A stretch of 63,892 bases of DNA, filler included, from Nemertoderma westbladi (lineage: Eukaryota > Animalia > Xenacoelomorpha), in NCBI GenBank assembly GCA_032718475.1. It is 3 parts of 3 records of this genome, joined end to end, with 100 filler letters (N's around TTAATTAATTAA, not from the genome) between each part and the next. Parts side by side here need not be neighbours in the genome. Positions count along the whole stretch, not along the records: positions 1 to 25,463 come from JAUCBJ010004009.1; 2 more parts are not named here. The stretch is one strand, 5' to 3'. The notes under the pieces were generated by a model. That model saw only the letters and a program-made list of their open reading frames with translations, did no database searches and was not told where the DNA came from. This document shows positions 1 to 13,446 of the stretch, piece by piece; within the stretch, counting starts at the first letter, position 1; each line of letters opens with the position of its first letter. Made by a program: the position numbers and the translations under genes.

Positions 1-249
1 ATTAACAACAACAACAACAACGGAGTGAATACTAGAGGTCTCGCTACGCGAACCTAAAAATCGACTCTCGGAATTAGTGACCCCCCCCTTAACTCTGAAC
101 TGTACCAGGTAGAGAAGGAATAAAATGTAGAAGTTTTTACGGTGGTTGAGAATTGTTTTAATGGCGGGTGGGATTCCAGATTTTTCGGGATCGGGATGCA
201 GTCTGAACACCATTAACTTAATTTAAACTCTACACATTCCCAGGAAAGG

Positions 250-2500
250 GTATGGGGAAGTGGTAAAGTGTATGGGAAACTAGTAAAGTGTATGGGTAAC
301 TGTTAAAAAGTGTATGGTAACTGGTAAAGTGTATGGCAAACTGGTAAAGCTTATGGGGAATTGGTAAAGTGCATGGGAAACTGGTAAAGTCTATGGGAAA
401 TTGGTAAAGTTTATGGGAACTGGTACAATTTATGGGGAATTGGTAAAGTTTCTGGGGAACTGGTAAAGTTGATGGGAACTGGTAAAGTTGATGGGAACTG
501 GTACAATTTATGGGGAACTGGTAAAGTTTATGGGAACTGGTACAATTTATGGGGAATTGGTAAAGTTTATGGGAACTGGTACAATTTATGGGGAACTGGT
601 AAAGTTTATGGGAACTGGTACAATTTATGGGGAACTGGTAAAATTTATGGGAACTGGTACAGTTTATGGGAACTGGTACAGTTTATGGGAACTGGTACAG
701 TTTATGGGCACTGGTACAGTATATGGGAAGTGGTAAAGTTTATGGGAACTGGTAAAATTTATGGGGAACTGGTAAAGTTTATGGGAACTGGTACAATTTA
801 TGGGGAACTGGTAAAGTTTATGGGAACTGGTACAATTTATGGGGAACTGGTAAAGTTTATGGGAACTGGTACAATTTATGGGGAACTGGTAAAATTTATG
901 GGAACTGGTACAGTTTAAGGGAACTGGTACAGTTTATGGGAACTGGTACAGTTTATGGGAACTGGTACAGTTTATGGGAACTGGTAAAATTTATGGGGAA
1001 CTGGTAAAGTTTATGGGAACTGGTACAATTTATGGGGAACTGGTAAAGTTTATGGGAACTGGTACAATTTATGGGGAACAGGTAAAGTTTATGGGAACTG
1101 GTACAATTTATGGGGAACTGGTAAAATTTATGGGAACTGGTACAGTTTAAGGGAACTGGTACAGTTTATGGGAACTGGTACAGTTTATGGGAACTGGTAC
1201 AATTTATGGGAACTGGTAAAATTTATGGGGAACTGGTAAAGTTTATGGGAACTGGTACAATTTATGGGGAACTGGTAAAGTTTATGGGAACTGGTACAAT
1301 TTATGGGGAACTGGTAAAGTTTATGGGAACTGGTACAGTTTATGGGAACTGGTACAGTTTATGGGAACTGGTAAAATTTATGGGGAACTGGAAAAATTTA
1401 TGAGAACTGGTACAATTTATGGGGAATTGGTAAAGTTTATGGGAACTGGTACAATTTATGGGGAACTGGTAAAGTTTATGGGAACTGGTACAATTTATGG
1501 GGAACTGGTAAAATTTATGGGAACTGGTACAGTTTAAGGGAACTGGTACAGTTTATGGGAACTGGTACAGTTTATGGGAACTGGTACAGTTTATGGGAAC
1601 TGGTACAGTTTATGGGAACTGGTAAAATTTATGGGGAACTGGTAAAGTTTATGGGAACTGGTATAGTTTATGGGGAACTGGTAAAGTTTATGGGAACTGG
1701 TACAATTTATGGGGAACTGGTAAAGTTTATGGGAACTGGTACAATTTATGGGGAACTGGTAAAGTTTATGGGAACTGGTACAATTTATGGGGAACTGGTA
1801 AAATTTATGGGAACTGGTACAGTTTAAGGGAACTGGTACAGTTTATGGGAACTGGTACAGTTTATGGGAACTGGTACAGTTTATGGGAACTGGTACAGTT
1901 TATGGGAACTGGTAAAATTTATGGGGAACTGGTAAAGTTTATGGGAACTGGTATAGTTTATGGGGAACTGGTAAAGTTTATGGGAACTGGTACAATTTAT
2001 GGGGAACTGGTAAAGTTTATGGGAACTGGTACAATTTATGGGGAACTGGTAAAGTTTATGGGAACTGGTACAGTTTAAGGGAACTGGTACAGTTTATGGG
2101 AACTGGTACAATTTATGGGGAACTGGTAAAGTTTATGGGAACTGGTACAGTTTATGGGGAACTGGTAAAGTTTATGGGAACTGGTACAATTTATGGGGAA
2201 CTGGTAAAGTTTATGGGAACTGGTACAGTTTAAGGGAACTGGTACAGTTTATGGGAACTGGTACAATTTATGGGGAACTGGTAAAGTTTATGGGAACTGG
2301 TACAGTTTAAGGGAACTGGTACAGTTTATGGGAACTGGTACAATTTATGGGGAACTGGTAAAGTTTATGGGAACTGGTACAGTTTATGGGGAACTGGTAA
2401 AGTTTATGGGACCTGGTACAATTTATGGGGAACTGGTAAAGTTTAGGGGAAACTGGTAAAGTTTAGGGGAAACTGGTAAAGTTTAGGGGGAACTGGTAAC
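250..2500. repeat. Minisatellite of 19/20-nt units (TATGGGAACTGGTACA[A/G]TT / TATGGGGAACTGGTAAAGTT) forming a 39-nt higher-order repeat
   Basis: Direct tandem repetition with degenerate edges; overlapping ORFs are just the 13-aa repeat MGTGTIYGELVKF. Confidence 0.97.
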
Positions 2501-3574
2501 GCAACCAATGATAACTTTTAGCTGAGTAAACTGCTCTTCGTTGCAGTTTACCGGATAGGGATAACATTTCACAAATTTATTGTAATTTTGATTTGTCTAC
2601 TAAAAATAGGTACAGTAAATGAAATTATTAATTTATTTATTATTCACTTGGAAATAAGCTGCAAAGCTTTAGGGGTCATCCTATATGTTATATTGGACAA
2701 TACCTATATTGTTTGGTGTATATTAATCTATATATCTAGAATGGAATCAGTTATTTAGTGGAACAAATCCATTATTGGATTACCTTTGACGTCTTCTAAT
2801 GAAGTTTATTCCCTACTTAACTCTCAATAAACAATATGTTATTGAAGTTTAATTTCATAATTAAAAACACCAAAAGTTTGCCAATATAAAGGATTTCGCT
2901 TTAAAAACAAGTAAATTATGTGCCAGGCAACACTATTGAGCATTGTTATTGCTACAAAAAGAGTTTTACCACATAATTATTTAAAGAAAACTTAGTTAAC
3001 TTTTTTAATTATTTTTATTCTTTATTTTTCTAACCTTTTTTTGTGAAATTTTTAATAGAAAACGTTAAACAAAATTTAAAATAGCCAACGCAAGGTCGAA
3101 GATAGGTCGTAATTGTTTTACTGTAAACCATTATAATAAGACAGCCAAAGTTTGCGCTTCAGAGAAACAGCAAAAAAACTGATTTCGACTTTATTTTTTG
3201 AACTAAATTATTGAACAACTGCATAATTGAAAGCGGTAGCAATAAACTGAAGAGAACATACTCACATAGAATATCGGAAAGCAAAAAACTGTAACGTATT
3301 GCGTGGATAAGATGTAAGGCAAGTCACTCACAGTAGTAGTACAACGGAGATATTAAGATAAAGGATAAGAAGTTCAATATAAACTTTAAAATATATTTTG
3401 TATTTAAACGAATTCTGATTAAAATCAGACTGAATGTCGGAGATTATTGATTATTATTATTGGATGAATTCGAAATAAATTGATTTGGCTTATGGGAAAT
3501 AAATTCAATTCATTAAATGATTGACGTAATTCCGATGTATTGTGTTTGTCGTAGACGCCGCTAGGCGGCGCTGC

Positions 3575-5086
3575 TTAGTGCCGCTTCCCTCTACGTTTCC
3601 GCTTACCGCCGCTGGGGGGCGCCCCCCCTGAGGAACGCGACTTACACCAGACGGTGCAGGAGTTGGCGGGCAGCTGACACAACGGGCCGCCCTGGCAACG
3701 GGCGAACGCGCTGATATCGTAGACGGTCCCTTCGATATTAGCGTAAACGCGCCGATACAATCCGAAGGCGCGCGCCTCGGCCCAAGTGTCCCCGGGCGCG
3801 CTGGGATGCCGCGCATCGTGGGCAGCGCAGTAGCGCGACTCAATAGCGGGGCGCGCGGTTGCCGCTATACGGTGGAACGCGCCGCACAGAGGGCAGTACA
3901 TATCCGCGGATCCGTCGCACTCAGACGGAGTCGGCTCTGGGTGCGAAGGATCTCGGTACTGCCGACGTGCGGGAGAATCCGCAACCGATTCGTACGCGGA
4001 TTTAACGAGTTTAAACGCCTCGGTGGCGAAGGGGTCCGGGTTTTTATCCGGGTGGAGGAGCACAGCGAGGCGTCTGTAGTTCTGTTTGGCAGACTCGTCG
4101 GTGCAGTCCAGGGGGTCCAGATGCAGGAGTTTGTAGGCGGATGTGGTCCGGCTACCTAGTTGGCGGATCGAGCGGATCGCTTCGGAAGGAGTCGAAGGGA
4201 ACCCAACAGGGGAGGCTTCCCCCGGGACCTCCCATAGCAGAACGGCAGCGCACCGGAACGACCAAACTGATAACTTAACGATCGAAGTAAAAGCGAAGTA
4301 AAGAAAACATATAAGGAGAATAAAAAAGATTAGCAGAAATTTTATTGAATATTTCTTAATAACAAGAAGTTGTTGAAAAGTTCTAGAAGGGAGATTCCTT
4401 ATCCAAATAAAGGGGTATAAAATTGATTGAAATGTTTCTACAGTGAAATATTCTTCTTTAAAGAGTTTCCATCTCCGGATGAGTCGATAATAATGGAAAA
4501 AAATTAATGTTTGAAGGTAAATAAAGGGATAAATAAGGGTGGCGATTGTAGATTCATTAATATATTTATCGGAAAACGAGATAAAAGTGGTAGAAATCGC
4601 AAGAAATATCGCCGTAACATATTGCATAAAAATGGTGCAGATAGGAAGGTTTAAAAGTCTTTGATAAACAGGATTGTCTACAGAGGTTTTCCATTTCTTC
4701 TTTGTGGCCGGGGAAATATTATCAGTTGCATCTGTAGAGTTGGAGCAATCTGGAGGAACTGCAACTGGGGTAGTTTTCACAAAATGTTCGCTACAAACTG
4801 TGTCGTCAATAAAAGTCATTAACCCGAATTCTTTAGTATCGGTAACAGTAGCAACACGGCAATGAATAGAATCTCCTTGGCAGCGGGGGAGATACGTGTT
4901 GGAGTCGTCTGGGACTCTCGTTGTCACGGGAACATATTTGTTGGCAACTGGGGCTTCCGGTAGCGAGAAGCCTTCGAATGGGGAGATAAAATCTCCCTTA
5001 GCAGAAAGGAACCCATCTTCTTGAACGGACTGCCCCAAATCAGCAATAAAAGTTTCAGCAGAAATTGACATTTTACAAAGTTTCAA
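3575..5086 (-). CDS. DNAJC14: DnaJ subfamily C member 14-like (Jiv) membrane co-chaperone: hydrophobic segments, J domain, Jiv90-like Cys-rich C-terminal domain
   Basis: 503-aa intronless ORF; YRRLAVLLHPDKN...AFK J-domain; CPLCGAFH, SRYCAAHDARHP..GDTWAE and YDISAFARCQ match the Jiv90 pattern; basic C-terminus. Confidence 0.85.
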   Translation of the reverse strand: MKLCKMSISAETFIADLGQSVQEDGFLSAKGDFISPFEGFSLPEAPVANKYVPVTTRVPDDSNTYLPRCQGDSIHCRVATVTDTKEFGLMTFIDDTVCSEHFVKTTPVAVPPDCSNSTDATDNISPATKKKWKTSVDNPVYQRLLNLPICTIFMQYVTAIFLAISTTFISFSDKYINESTIATLIYPFIYLQTLIFFHYYRLIRRWKLFKEEYFTVETFQSILYPFIWIRNLPSRTFQQLLVIKKYSIKFLLIFFILLICFLYFAFTSIVKLSVWSFRCAAVLLWEVPGEASPVGFPSTPSEAIRSIRQLGSRTTSAYKLLHLDPLDCTDESAKQNYRRLAVLLHPDKNPDPFATEAFKLVKSAYESVADSPARRQYRDPSHPEPTPSECDGSADMYCPLCGAFHRIAATARPAIESRYCAAHDARHPSAPGDTWAEARAFGLYRRVYANIEGTVYDISAFARCQGGPLCQLPANSCTVWCKSRSSGGAPPSGGKRKRRGKRH

Positions 5087-5869
5087 AAGTTACACCTTTT
5101 TACAGTCCTATAGCTGTATGTATAGTGAGCCAGTCGGTAGATACTGGCAGTCTGCTGGACTGGGGTGGACTTGCAGACTTATGGTACGCTCCTACAGTAG
5201 TTGTTGTAGACCAGCTAGCTACCTTAAACTTAAACAGCCCTTTTAGTCTGTTAGTCAGTATGTCGGTACATTCAATTAAACTTAAACAAACAGTCAGACA
5301 GTTGAATAGTACATGTAAGTCCTACTTACATAAAATGCTACTACAGTACAGGAGTAACGTAAAGGTTATAGTTCGCCTTCACGAAAACACACGTACCGGA
5401 CACCTGTACGCTGTACAGTCTCCGTCTAGTCTATCTATGTTGTCTACATCGATAATGATGTACTGTATCACTGTCGCTATCAAACTTAACTTCCGGTATT
5501 TGGTGTTAGGCTAGTCCAATACAATCCGCGAAAGGCCTACAAACTACAGAACTAAGGTTTTTCCGTTTTCGTAATTTTTTGTGTATCATTTTGCATTTTC
5601 TTCGGAAGATGTGGTAGTGGCCTGTGGGGCGAGCCACGAAAGTAAGCTAACTTTGCATACGGGTACCACCATCTAATCCTCGTGGCTGTCTGTCAGTCTA
5701 ATAATCTTTGAAAGCTTATTTCTCAGGAACTCTCCACTTTCTTGAACTAAAAATTAGTAGGACTGATATATTGAAAAAGTTTAGAAAATGTTGGCTTCCT
5801 GCAATTTCATGGTTCAACGCTAGGAGGCGCTAAATATCAATTCGTCTAGGCTTAATAACTTTTGAACTC

Positions 5870-6531
5870 GGCCCTTACATGCCAAAACCGTCTAAATTTA
5901 TTTTTTCGAAAAATAACATATGCATATATTTGGAATCAGACAAAACGAGGCGCATCTTTCTAGCCAAGTCTTAAGACGTAATTATGAAGTCCTAAGGAGT
6001 TATATTTTTGCCTCAAAAATATCGTATTATCCAACCAAATTCAATTTTTGGCATTTGTATGTTTTGTGCTACAATTGTATTTATCGTCCTACCAGACAAG
6101 CACTAAAAACGATAGTTGCGTTACCACTAAAGATTTTTAACGAGTAGTTGTATCACGATCAGCGACCTTGAAAACCATTATTACCCAAACAATGCGAAAA
6201 TTTATCAGTATGAAATATTTTTAACAAGTTTCATCGTGATCAGCGACTTCGAAAACCCATATACCTTCGGAATTATCAAACCAAACACAACATTTTTTGT
6301 GTTCTAACCAATTACGTATTAAAAATAGCCGGGCCAGATAGGGTTTATACAGTATCTGAGATAATCTGTTTTTGCAAGTAAGAATGCCTAGAACTTCATA
6401 TAACTTACCTAATGGCATTATTTCACAGGATTTCCACCAATCAGGAATCAAATGACAGTCCTGGTATGTATTTTACGTTTTTCTCAAAACTATTTAAAAA
6501 TGAGATAGACGGTTTTGGCATTTTAAGGGCC
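5870..6531. mobile_element. MITE-like segment bounded by ~25-nt inverted repeats
   Basis: GGCCCTTACATGCCAAAACCGTCTA at 5870 versus TAGACGGTTTTGGCATTTTAAGGGCC ending ~6531; no TSD recognised. Confidence 0.55.
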
Positions 6532-6707
6532 GCGCTGCATAAATATTTATGAAACTTTTCACAGAATGACCCATGGAATGTTCTTAATAGGGTTGGAGCG
6601 CGAAAAAATTGTTAGGCTAGAAACAATCGAATAAGGAGTAACAAGGTGCCCTGGTAACAAGGTGTGTTTTTTGAAACACGTGGAAAGGGTCGAAATGGCG
6701 GGTTTAA

Positions 6708-7151
6708 CCCTTTGAGCCCTAAGGACGTATATATACGTCCTCAACAGTGTCCTAAGGACGTATATATACGTCCTGGTGTTTATTGCTGCCAATGGGGATG
6801 ATTCAAGTTTAGGTTATTCTAGCAGTGTTTATCCATCGCTTAGGACAGTATACTACCCGTTTTAGTTAAAAAAGTGATTGGAGTTTGAGTTAGAGGTTGG
6901 AATTCAACCAATCAGTGATGAGCTCCTTTTTAGAGACAGCAGGCTGCTTAATGAAAGCAGATTGATTGTACCTTGTACTGTACAGTAGGATATGGCAGAG
7001 GTTTGAATGAGTAGCCCTTGAGAATTCCAACCAATCAGAGTTTATTTCCCTGTCAAGCTTGACACTGTAATAATCTACTTTGTAAATAAATAAATACATG
7101 ACTGAAAAGTGAAAAGTGAAATTTTTAAAAAAGGGCCTAGTAACCAAAGGG
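6708..7151. mobile_element. Non-autonomous piggyBac-type element
   Basis: TTAA on both flanks (6704-6707, 7152-7155); termini CCCTTTG...CAAAGGG; two subterminal palindromes AGGACGTATATATACGTCCT. Confidence 0.8.
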
Positions 7152-7312
7152 TTAAGTAAGCCCGGGAAACCAATTTTGAAATTCGGCTGTGATTGGCTGC
7201 TACATATTTGACGTCACTACGCAGTACTCAGATAATTTCTTATATTGTTTTCTATGGAGGGTGATTTTCGATTAATTTAAAAACATATTTAATCTCTATT
7301 TACATTTTCATT

Positions 7313-8640
7313 TACCTGAACCCCCCCCCCCCCCCCCCCAAAAAAAAAAATTAAACTACATAACTTAATGAGATTGCATGAAATTTGAAACAGAGTTAGT
7401 TTCACCTCCCTCCTCCATAGGCCTATTGGGTGAGCCATAATTTTTATTTTGCTTTCATTCTTTAGCTACAAGCGTTTGAAAAAGGTGTCTCCGTCGATTT
7501 TACACCAGTTACACCGCAGTTATTCTTCAACCTTATAATGATTTGTTGGTACCGGTACTCTTAGAAAGATGTAAGGATTCGAAATATTTAACACAATCTG
7601 AATCTCGTCATAAAATAGCTGAGATGGGCTTTCAAATGTTGCATGGTTTTGCACCTGCTGGGAGCTATTTTATTCTATTTAATAAATATACCATATTCTA
7701 GAACATTTTGTTTGTGCATGAATAGCTACGTAATAGAATGATTAAAATATTATAAATATTATTAATTTTAAATTTTAATATTAAATTAAATTAAATTAAT
7801 TTATTAAGTATTATTATTAATATAAGTATTGCATTGTCGCCCAGCTAGGTATGGGATAAACAAAATGTTCCAGAATATGGTGAATGCCTATTTAATAAAT
7901 ATAATAAAGGCTAGTGCAGCTAAAAATCCATGCAACTTTTGAACGCAATTACAGGATGTCTCCGCTACTGTATTTTGAATTGATTGATTGAACATCTGGG
8001 CTAACGCCCCCAGCGGCTATAATAATATCATTATAATGTATAAACTATATGTACATCTATCCAATCACGCAAGATTACGACATACAGATAGTCATCGTTA
8101 ACTTAATATTTCAATAAAGTCCTTTATAAGGTTAATCCTGTGTATAAATGGATATTGAAATTTATGCATGATGGATTTACAGTACATGGCCTGTAATCTT
8201 TCTTTATATGTGCGATTGGTGACTTGTATTGATTTTGATCTTGTGGAACAAGCTTTGAGGCTGCATTCTGAAATCGCAAGGGAGTTCAGAGTTGACAAAT
8301 TATACATCCAGCTGGTTTTTTGGTGTGAGTTAAAAATGTCTGAATCTTTAACGATTTTAGCGATAATTTAACGAATCTTTAACGAATTTTAGATTGTGTT
8401 ACATATTAGGAATCCTTGCACGGGCAGCTTTCTAACAGTACTGAAGAATAACTGCGGTGGGACTGGTGTAATATCGTCAGATACCCCTTTTCCAAACGCT
8501 TGTAGTTAAATAATGAAATCGAAAATAAAAAATTCTGGCTCACCCACGGGGGAGGAGGGATGTGAAACTATCTCTGTTTCAAATTTCATAAAATCTCATT
8601 AAGACTTGTAGAAAAATTTCGGGGGGGGGGGGGGCAGGTA
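7313..8640. mobile_element. Long palindromic (foldback) MITE with a ~400-nt insertion in the right arm
   Basis: TACCTGAA(C)n left end versus (G)nCAGGTA right end; 7360-7530 is the inverted match of 8440-8605 and 7638-7715 of 7858-7938; AT-rich centre near 7790. Confidence 0.75.
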
Positions 8641-9779
8641 CCTGAATAACGACACTATATTCCAGGACATGGTGTATACTGTATCAATACAATATACTTC
8701 CATACGATAAAGAAAATCACTTACATTATGACGAAACGACAGATTTAGAAATCCCTCTACTGTAACCAGTAACTAGCGCCTTTCCTTCTCTGAGTAAGCA
8801 ATAATTATATTATGATTAACGAAATTAACTATTCGCGAAATTAACTTAAACTTAACCATAAATAAATTTCATCTGAAGAGGTGCACATCGACGTCATTCA
8901 GGTCGACATTCTTCGAAACCATCGGATCCCTGACTCCATGTCGCATGGCACACGCCTTGAGCAACCATTACCGGCCCCACTGGTTTCTGTCACTATTTCT
9001 GGAGCAAGTGCCAGCTGCACACTACCGGTTCTCCCAGTCTGCCAGACACTGGTTCCGATGTGAATATTATGGGTTTGACGTTCGAGTTGGTCGAGTTCTG
9101 TGTTTGGGTCGTAGGCACCCACGTCGACCCCCAGCACTCATAGTATTCACAGGAAGGTCAAGGAAGGCATCAATATATGAACAATATTGGTTGGTGCAAA
9201 CAGATTAATGATATCTTTACGTTGTTGGGTTTAAATGATATTTATTTAAATTGTATAAAGTGCGACCTTAATGCTTAATCTTCCTATATAGCCGATGTAG
9301 GGATTATTTTTCTAGCTCTTGGCTCTCAAAATTTCAATTAAACCTAAGCTTCGCAATTATATGTTATGTAAATATAATTTTGAGGCCGAAGAATACGTAA
9401 AGTCGCACCTCAACGTAGTGAGGGCTCAGCTATGGCTCAGTTCCGTTGCGGTTTTTTGCCGTAAGGTGTCGAGATAGGTCGCTTTCCAGGGTAAACCCCC
9501 TGGAAGAGAGAACTTGTTGCCTCTGTGATTCAGGGGACATTGAAGATGAGATTCATTTTTTGTGTATCTGTACGGCCTTAGAAAGGAGTAACTTTATCCC
9601 CAAGAAATTCAGAGTTTGATATAATTGTAAAGTTAAAGTTATTATAATGTTGAACACAATCAATCCAGTAGTGCGTGTCTATTACGCGAGTGATTGGAGA
9701 CAAGAAGAACCTTATTAAATAAAAGTCTATAAATAACAGTGAATTGTGTAATTTTTGGTACCTATAGTGCATCATTCAC

Positions 9780-10740
9780 TGCCTACAGGTCGACCTTGCT
9801 CTCGGCTCTGTCCCGCACACCCGGAAGATTGTCGATGATATCCTCGCTTTCTCAGCCAATTCCTGCAAACTTTAAACCTTGCTTCCCTACCATCCTCCAG
9901 ACTGACACCTCAGCAGTCACTTGGGCGCTCGCGCTCCTGAAGTGCCGTATATTCATTCCTATCTGACCTGCCAGACTTTGAAATAATGAACTGGACCTAG
10001 TCTACTCCCCTGCCACCATATCCGCTCATCATCCACACACCTGGTGGACTCCCTCATTATATCTCTCAAGGATGCTGCGAGTTTGGACCAAACATCCCAG
10101 GAACTCCTCCATGCAGTTTAGAATGGTTTCCACATTAAACCTGTGGGTACGCTCCTGTTCCTCCCATACTAGAAACTGCGGGATAAACTTTCCTGGGACA
10201 CTGGCCTTGTCCTCTATGACAATCGACTAGTCGTCCCCAAGGCAGTGCACCCCGGTGTGCACCAGCGACTCCATGCCTCCCATCAGGGGGTTGAACGTAC
10301 AAAGCATCGTGCGCGCCTCGCTGTTTTCTGGCCTAATATTGGTGAAGACATCCGTCACATGGTACGTAGACTCATGTGGCCTCTGCCAGGAATCATGCCC
10401 AAGCCAGCCCCGTGCGAAACCTCTAGGCCTACTCCAGCCCAGCCAAGCGGAGCATTCGAGGACACCTCTGCAGACCTACAGTACAGTATTTGATGTTCGT
10501 GGACGTAGCTACCTCGTCCAGTGGCGGCGTTAGGGGCCCCCGAACCCCCCAATCCGCCGGGGCCCTGAGCACGCCCGGGCCCCGAGCACGAGCACGAGCA
10601 CGCCGGGGCCCTGAGCACGAGCACGCCGGGGCTCCAAGCACGCCAGGGCCCCACATACCCAATACGGCGGCGGCACAGACCCTAACGCCGCCCCAACCTC
10701 GTCTACACATGCCGGTTCTCTGGATGGCCCGGCCCTGTGT
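9780..10740 (+). pseudogene. Gypsy LTR-retrotransposon pol fragment (RNase H end, integrase H2C2 zinc finger, start of integrase core)
   Basis: RLVVP...LHASHQGVERTKHRARLAVFWP...CGLCQ; GRSYLV/YTCRFSGWP is restored on removing the 10519-10695 insert; stops and frameshifts. Confidence 0.8.
10519..10695. mobile_element. hAT-type MITE inserted in the Gypsy integrase
   Basis: 8-nt TSD ACCTCGTC at 10511-10518 and 10696-10703; TIR CAGTGGCGGCGTTAGGG / CCCTAACGCCGCCCCA; internal GGGCCC(T/C)GAGCACG repeats. Confidence 0.85.
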
Positions 10741-10757
10741 CACGGAGTTTCATGAAT

Positions 10758-10995
10758 CAATTTTATCGCAATAATATTAATTATATCGCAATAATATTAA
10801 TTTTATCGCAATAATATTAATTTTATTGCAATAATATTAGTTTTATCGCAATAATATTACTTTTATCGCAATAATATTAATTCTATCGCAATAATATTAA
10901 TTTTATTGCAATAATATTATTTTTTTTGCTATAATATTAATATTAATTTTATTGCAATATTATTTTTTTCGCATTAATATTAATTTAATCGCAGT
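10758..10995. repeat. AT-rich 20-nt tandem repeat (ATTTTATCGCAATAATATTA)
   Basis: About 11 direct copies degenerating to the right. Confidence 0.9.
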
Positions 10996-12117
10996 AGGCC
11001 TAATATTTACCTACTTTTTAGATCAAAAAAATATTATTGAACTAAAATACTAAAAGTATGCCATATACCGAATACCGGTACTGTTGACTGTATGTTTATG
11101 CTGTAGATAGTCAGTCAGTTATGTAACACTACTGTAGTTTAACCATGACTACTGCAATAGCACTGTTATACCACTACTCTGATTATCTTAATATAAACAA
11201 TATTGCTTTGCCTATATCGATTTATATTATTATCTTGTTTGCGATTCGACACCGGATCGTTACAACTTGTTCCCCTACCGTAGTTGGTAGTTATACTTGT
11301 AGAATGTAATTATCCGCAACGCAATCGGTACATTATTACATAGTCGGTCAACAAAATCGTAAAATTTGGAGAAAAGATACAGGCAGACAGGTAGTTATTG
11401 GTTATGTAACCAGGTAACTGTAAGTGCTAGCTGCAGGGCTGGCTAGTCAGCTAGTGCATGTGCTTAGAAGTTCTGAAGTTAGTACATTACTGATGCAGTG
11501 ATGTACTGGTAGAATCAGTACAGGCAGACAGGAGTACAGTATTATTTCTATGTGAATTGTTTCTATGTATTATTTATATGCATTAACCATTGCAGCATTT
11601 CTGTTTCTGCCAGTCATCTGTAGTGCTAGTGCATAGCAAGTTGATACATAAATTGTCGACTTACGGTATTTCAGCTTCAGGTAATTTATTATTAGGGCCT
11701 ATGGCTTAAGGCATATCTTTCCACAAACGTGTGGTTGAGGGAAATCATTCGCCAACACAGCAACAATTTGAAAATGTTCTTTAAGAGTAAAGACAGTCAT
11801 CTCTTGGCTTCAGAAATTCTTCGATTACAAATTTGGACCAAAATACAAAATATGGCAGCTCAAAATAGTAGTTCACAAATGTACAGTTCTCCATGTGGCA
11901 TGCTGGCATGTGGGGTGGGTGTGTGCCAAGAAAGACAATGCTACAGTCCTACAGTCTAACAGTAGATTATTTTTTAAATAAAGAAATATTATTTTAATTA
12001 GGTCGGATTATAAAATTACAGATAGGCAGATAGGGGGGGACTTTCGACACAATACAAATGCATCCCTCTCCAGGGAAAAATTCGACGCGAATAACAGCTG
12101 ATTACTCACAAAAATAT

Positions 12118-13446
12118 GGTATACAGACGTTTCGGCCTAGTGCGGAGTGCCTAGGACGTTTCGGTCCAGGACGTTTCGGCCCGGACATTTCGGCCCGGAC
12201 GATTCGGCCCGGACGTTTCGGCCCATGACTGTAACTGAATGAAAAGGCTAACTTGTTTGATATGATAATAATTATTCATTAAAATTATAATTATTTCACA
12301 ATAACATACAAACACTTAATAAAATATCTTTCATGAAATGGCTATTTAATTTACCTTTATTTCAAAATAAAATAAACATTAGGGAAGTGGTGCTCTGGTT
12401 CCATAGACAATTCGCCATCAATTATATTATGTGGCCGAAAAAATGCAAGTCAGAACAAATCTATTGGTCTCGAGTACCACATTACTAATCCTAATATACA
12501 GTACTGTACTACCAAAGTGAATCAATTTCACGAACCATGTAGGGCTTAAATCTCGTCTGATCGATATATTTTGGAGATACTTCATTAACTTTAAACATTA
12601 GGCCTACTCAATTGATAATTCTTGTAGCTGGACAGTGTATTGCAGCTATGTCTTAATGATCTGTTGAAACAATAACTCTCATCTTCGATGGTAGATGATT
12701 TATACCCATAGAAAACGACGTATAATGCTTTTATTAATTAATATTTTATTTCACGTCACATCCACTCTGGTCCTTTTAATACGCATACATTTCATCTAAA
12801 TTTAAATTTAATACGCATAATATATTTCATCTAAATTGAAATTTAATTCGCATATATTGTATCCCATTCCATTCCATTTTTTAGCAATGCTCCTAGTGGA
12901 ATATTTCTTATCTATTATATTTTTAAGACCAACATTAAAATACAGTAATACATTTAATTCGGTGTATTTTAATGTAGGCCTACTTTATTTATTGACTCAT
13001 ATTTTAAAATACGTATGTTTTTTTATGGGGGAAACCCAATCATCATAATACTAAAGTTAATTTGTCAGCATATGTTATCTTTGTTTTAAGTTACAGTATG
13101 GTGTATATCGGTATGACTAATTACCCAAACGCACCCAATCGGCACCATAATAATAATAATAATATTACATTAGTTATTATTTATAAATATAATGTAGAAC
13201 TTCGATCTTGACGACTTTCAAACAGGTGTCGGAGCAGTTCCTACTGTCAACTACTCTTGTAACGAACGTAAAAAACTACATAACAAATATATTGAATAAA
13301 TTATTATTAATTAATAGCTTATTTAAGGGAGTAAAGTGAGTCTTTGGGCCAAAACGTCCGACAAGCAAATCTTGTATTTCATTCCTTGGGCCGAAACGTC
13401 CTAGGCCAAAACGTCTTAGACCGAAACGTCTGTCTGTCTGTTACCC
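12118..13446. mobile_element. Non-autonomous Mutator/MULE-type DNA transposon
   Basis: 9-nt TSD CAAAAATAT at 12109-12117 and 13447-13455; subterminal arrays of GGACGTTTCGGCCC on the left and GGGCCGAAACGTCC on the right. Confidence 0.8.

Noticed and set aside
469-2078. ORFs within the 39-nt minisatellite
   Set aside because: Products of repeat periodicity; frames shift repeatedly and have no unique sequence
8880-9210. GC-richer patch with overlapping short ORFs
   Set aside because: No recognisable motif or boundary
10355-10774. Ala/Arg/Gly/Pro-rich ORFs
   Set aside because: Arise from the GC-rich MITE insert
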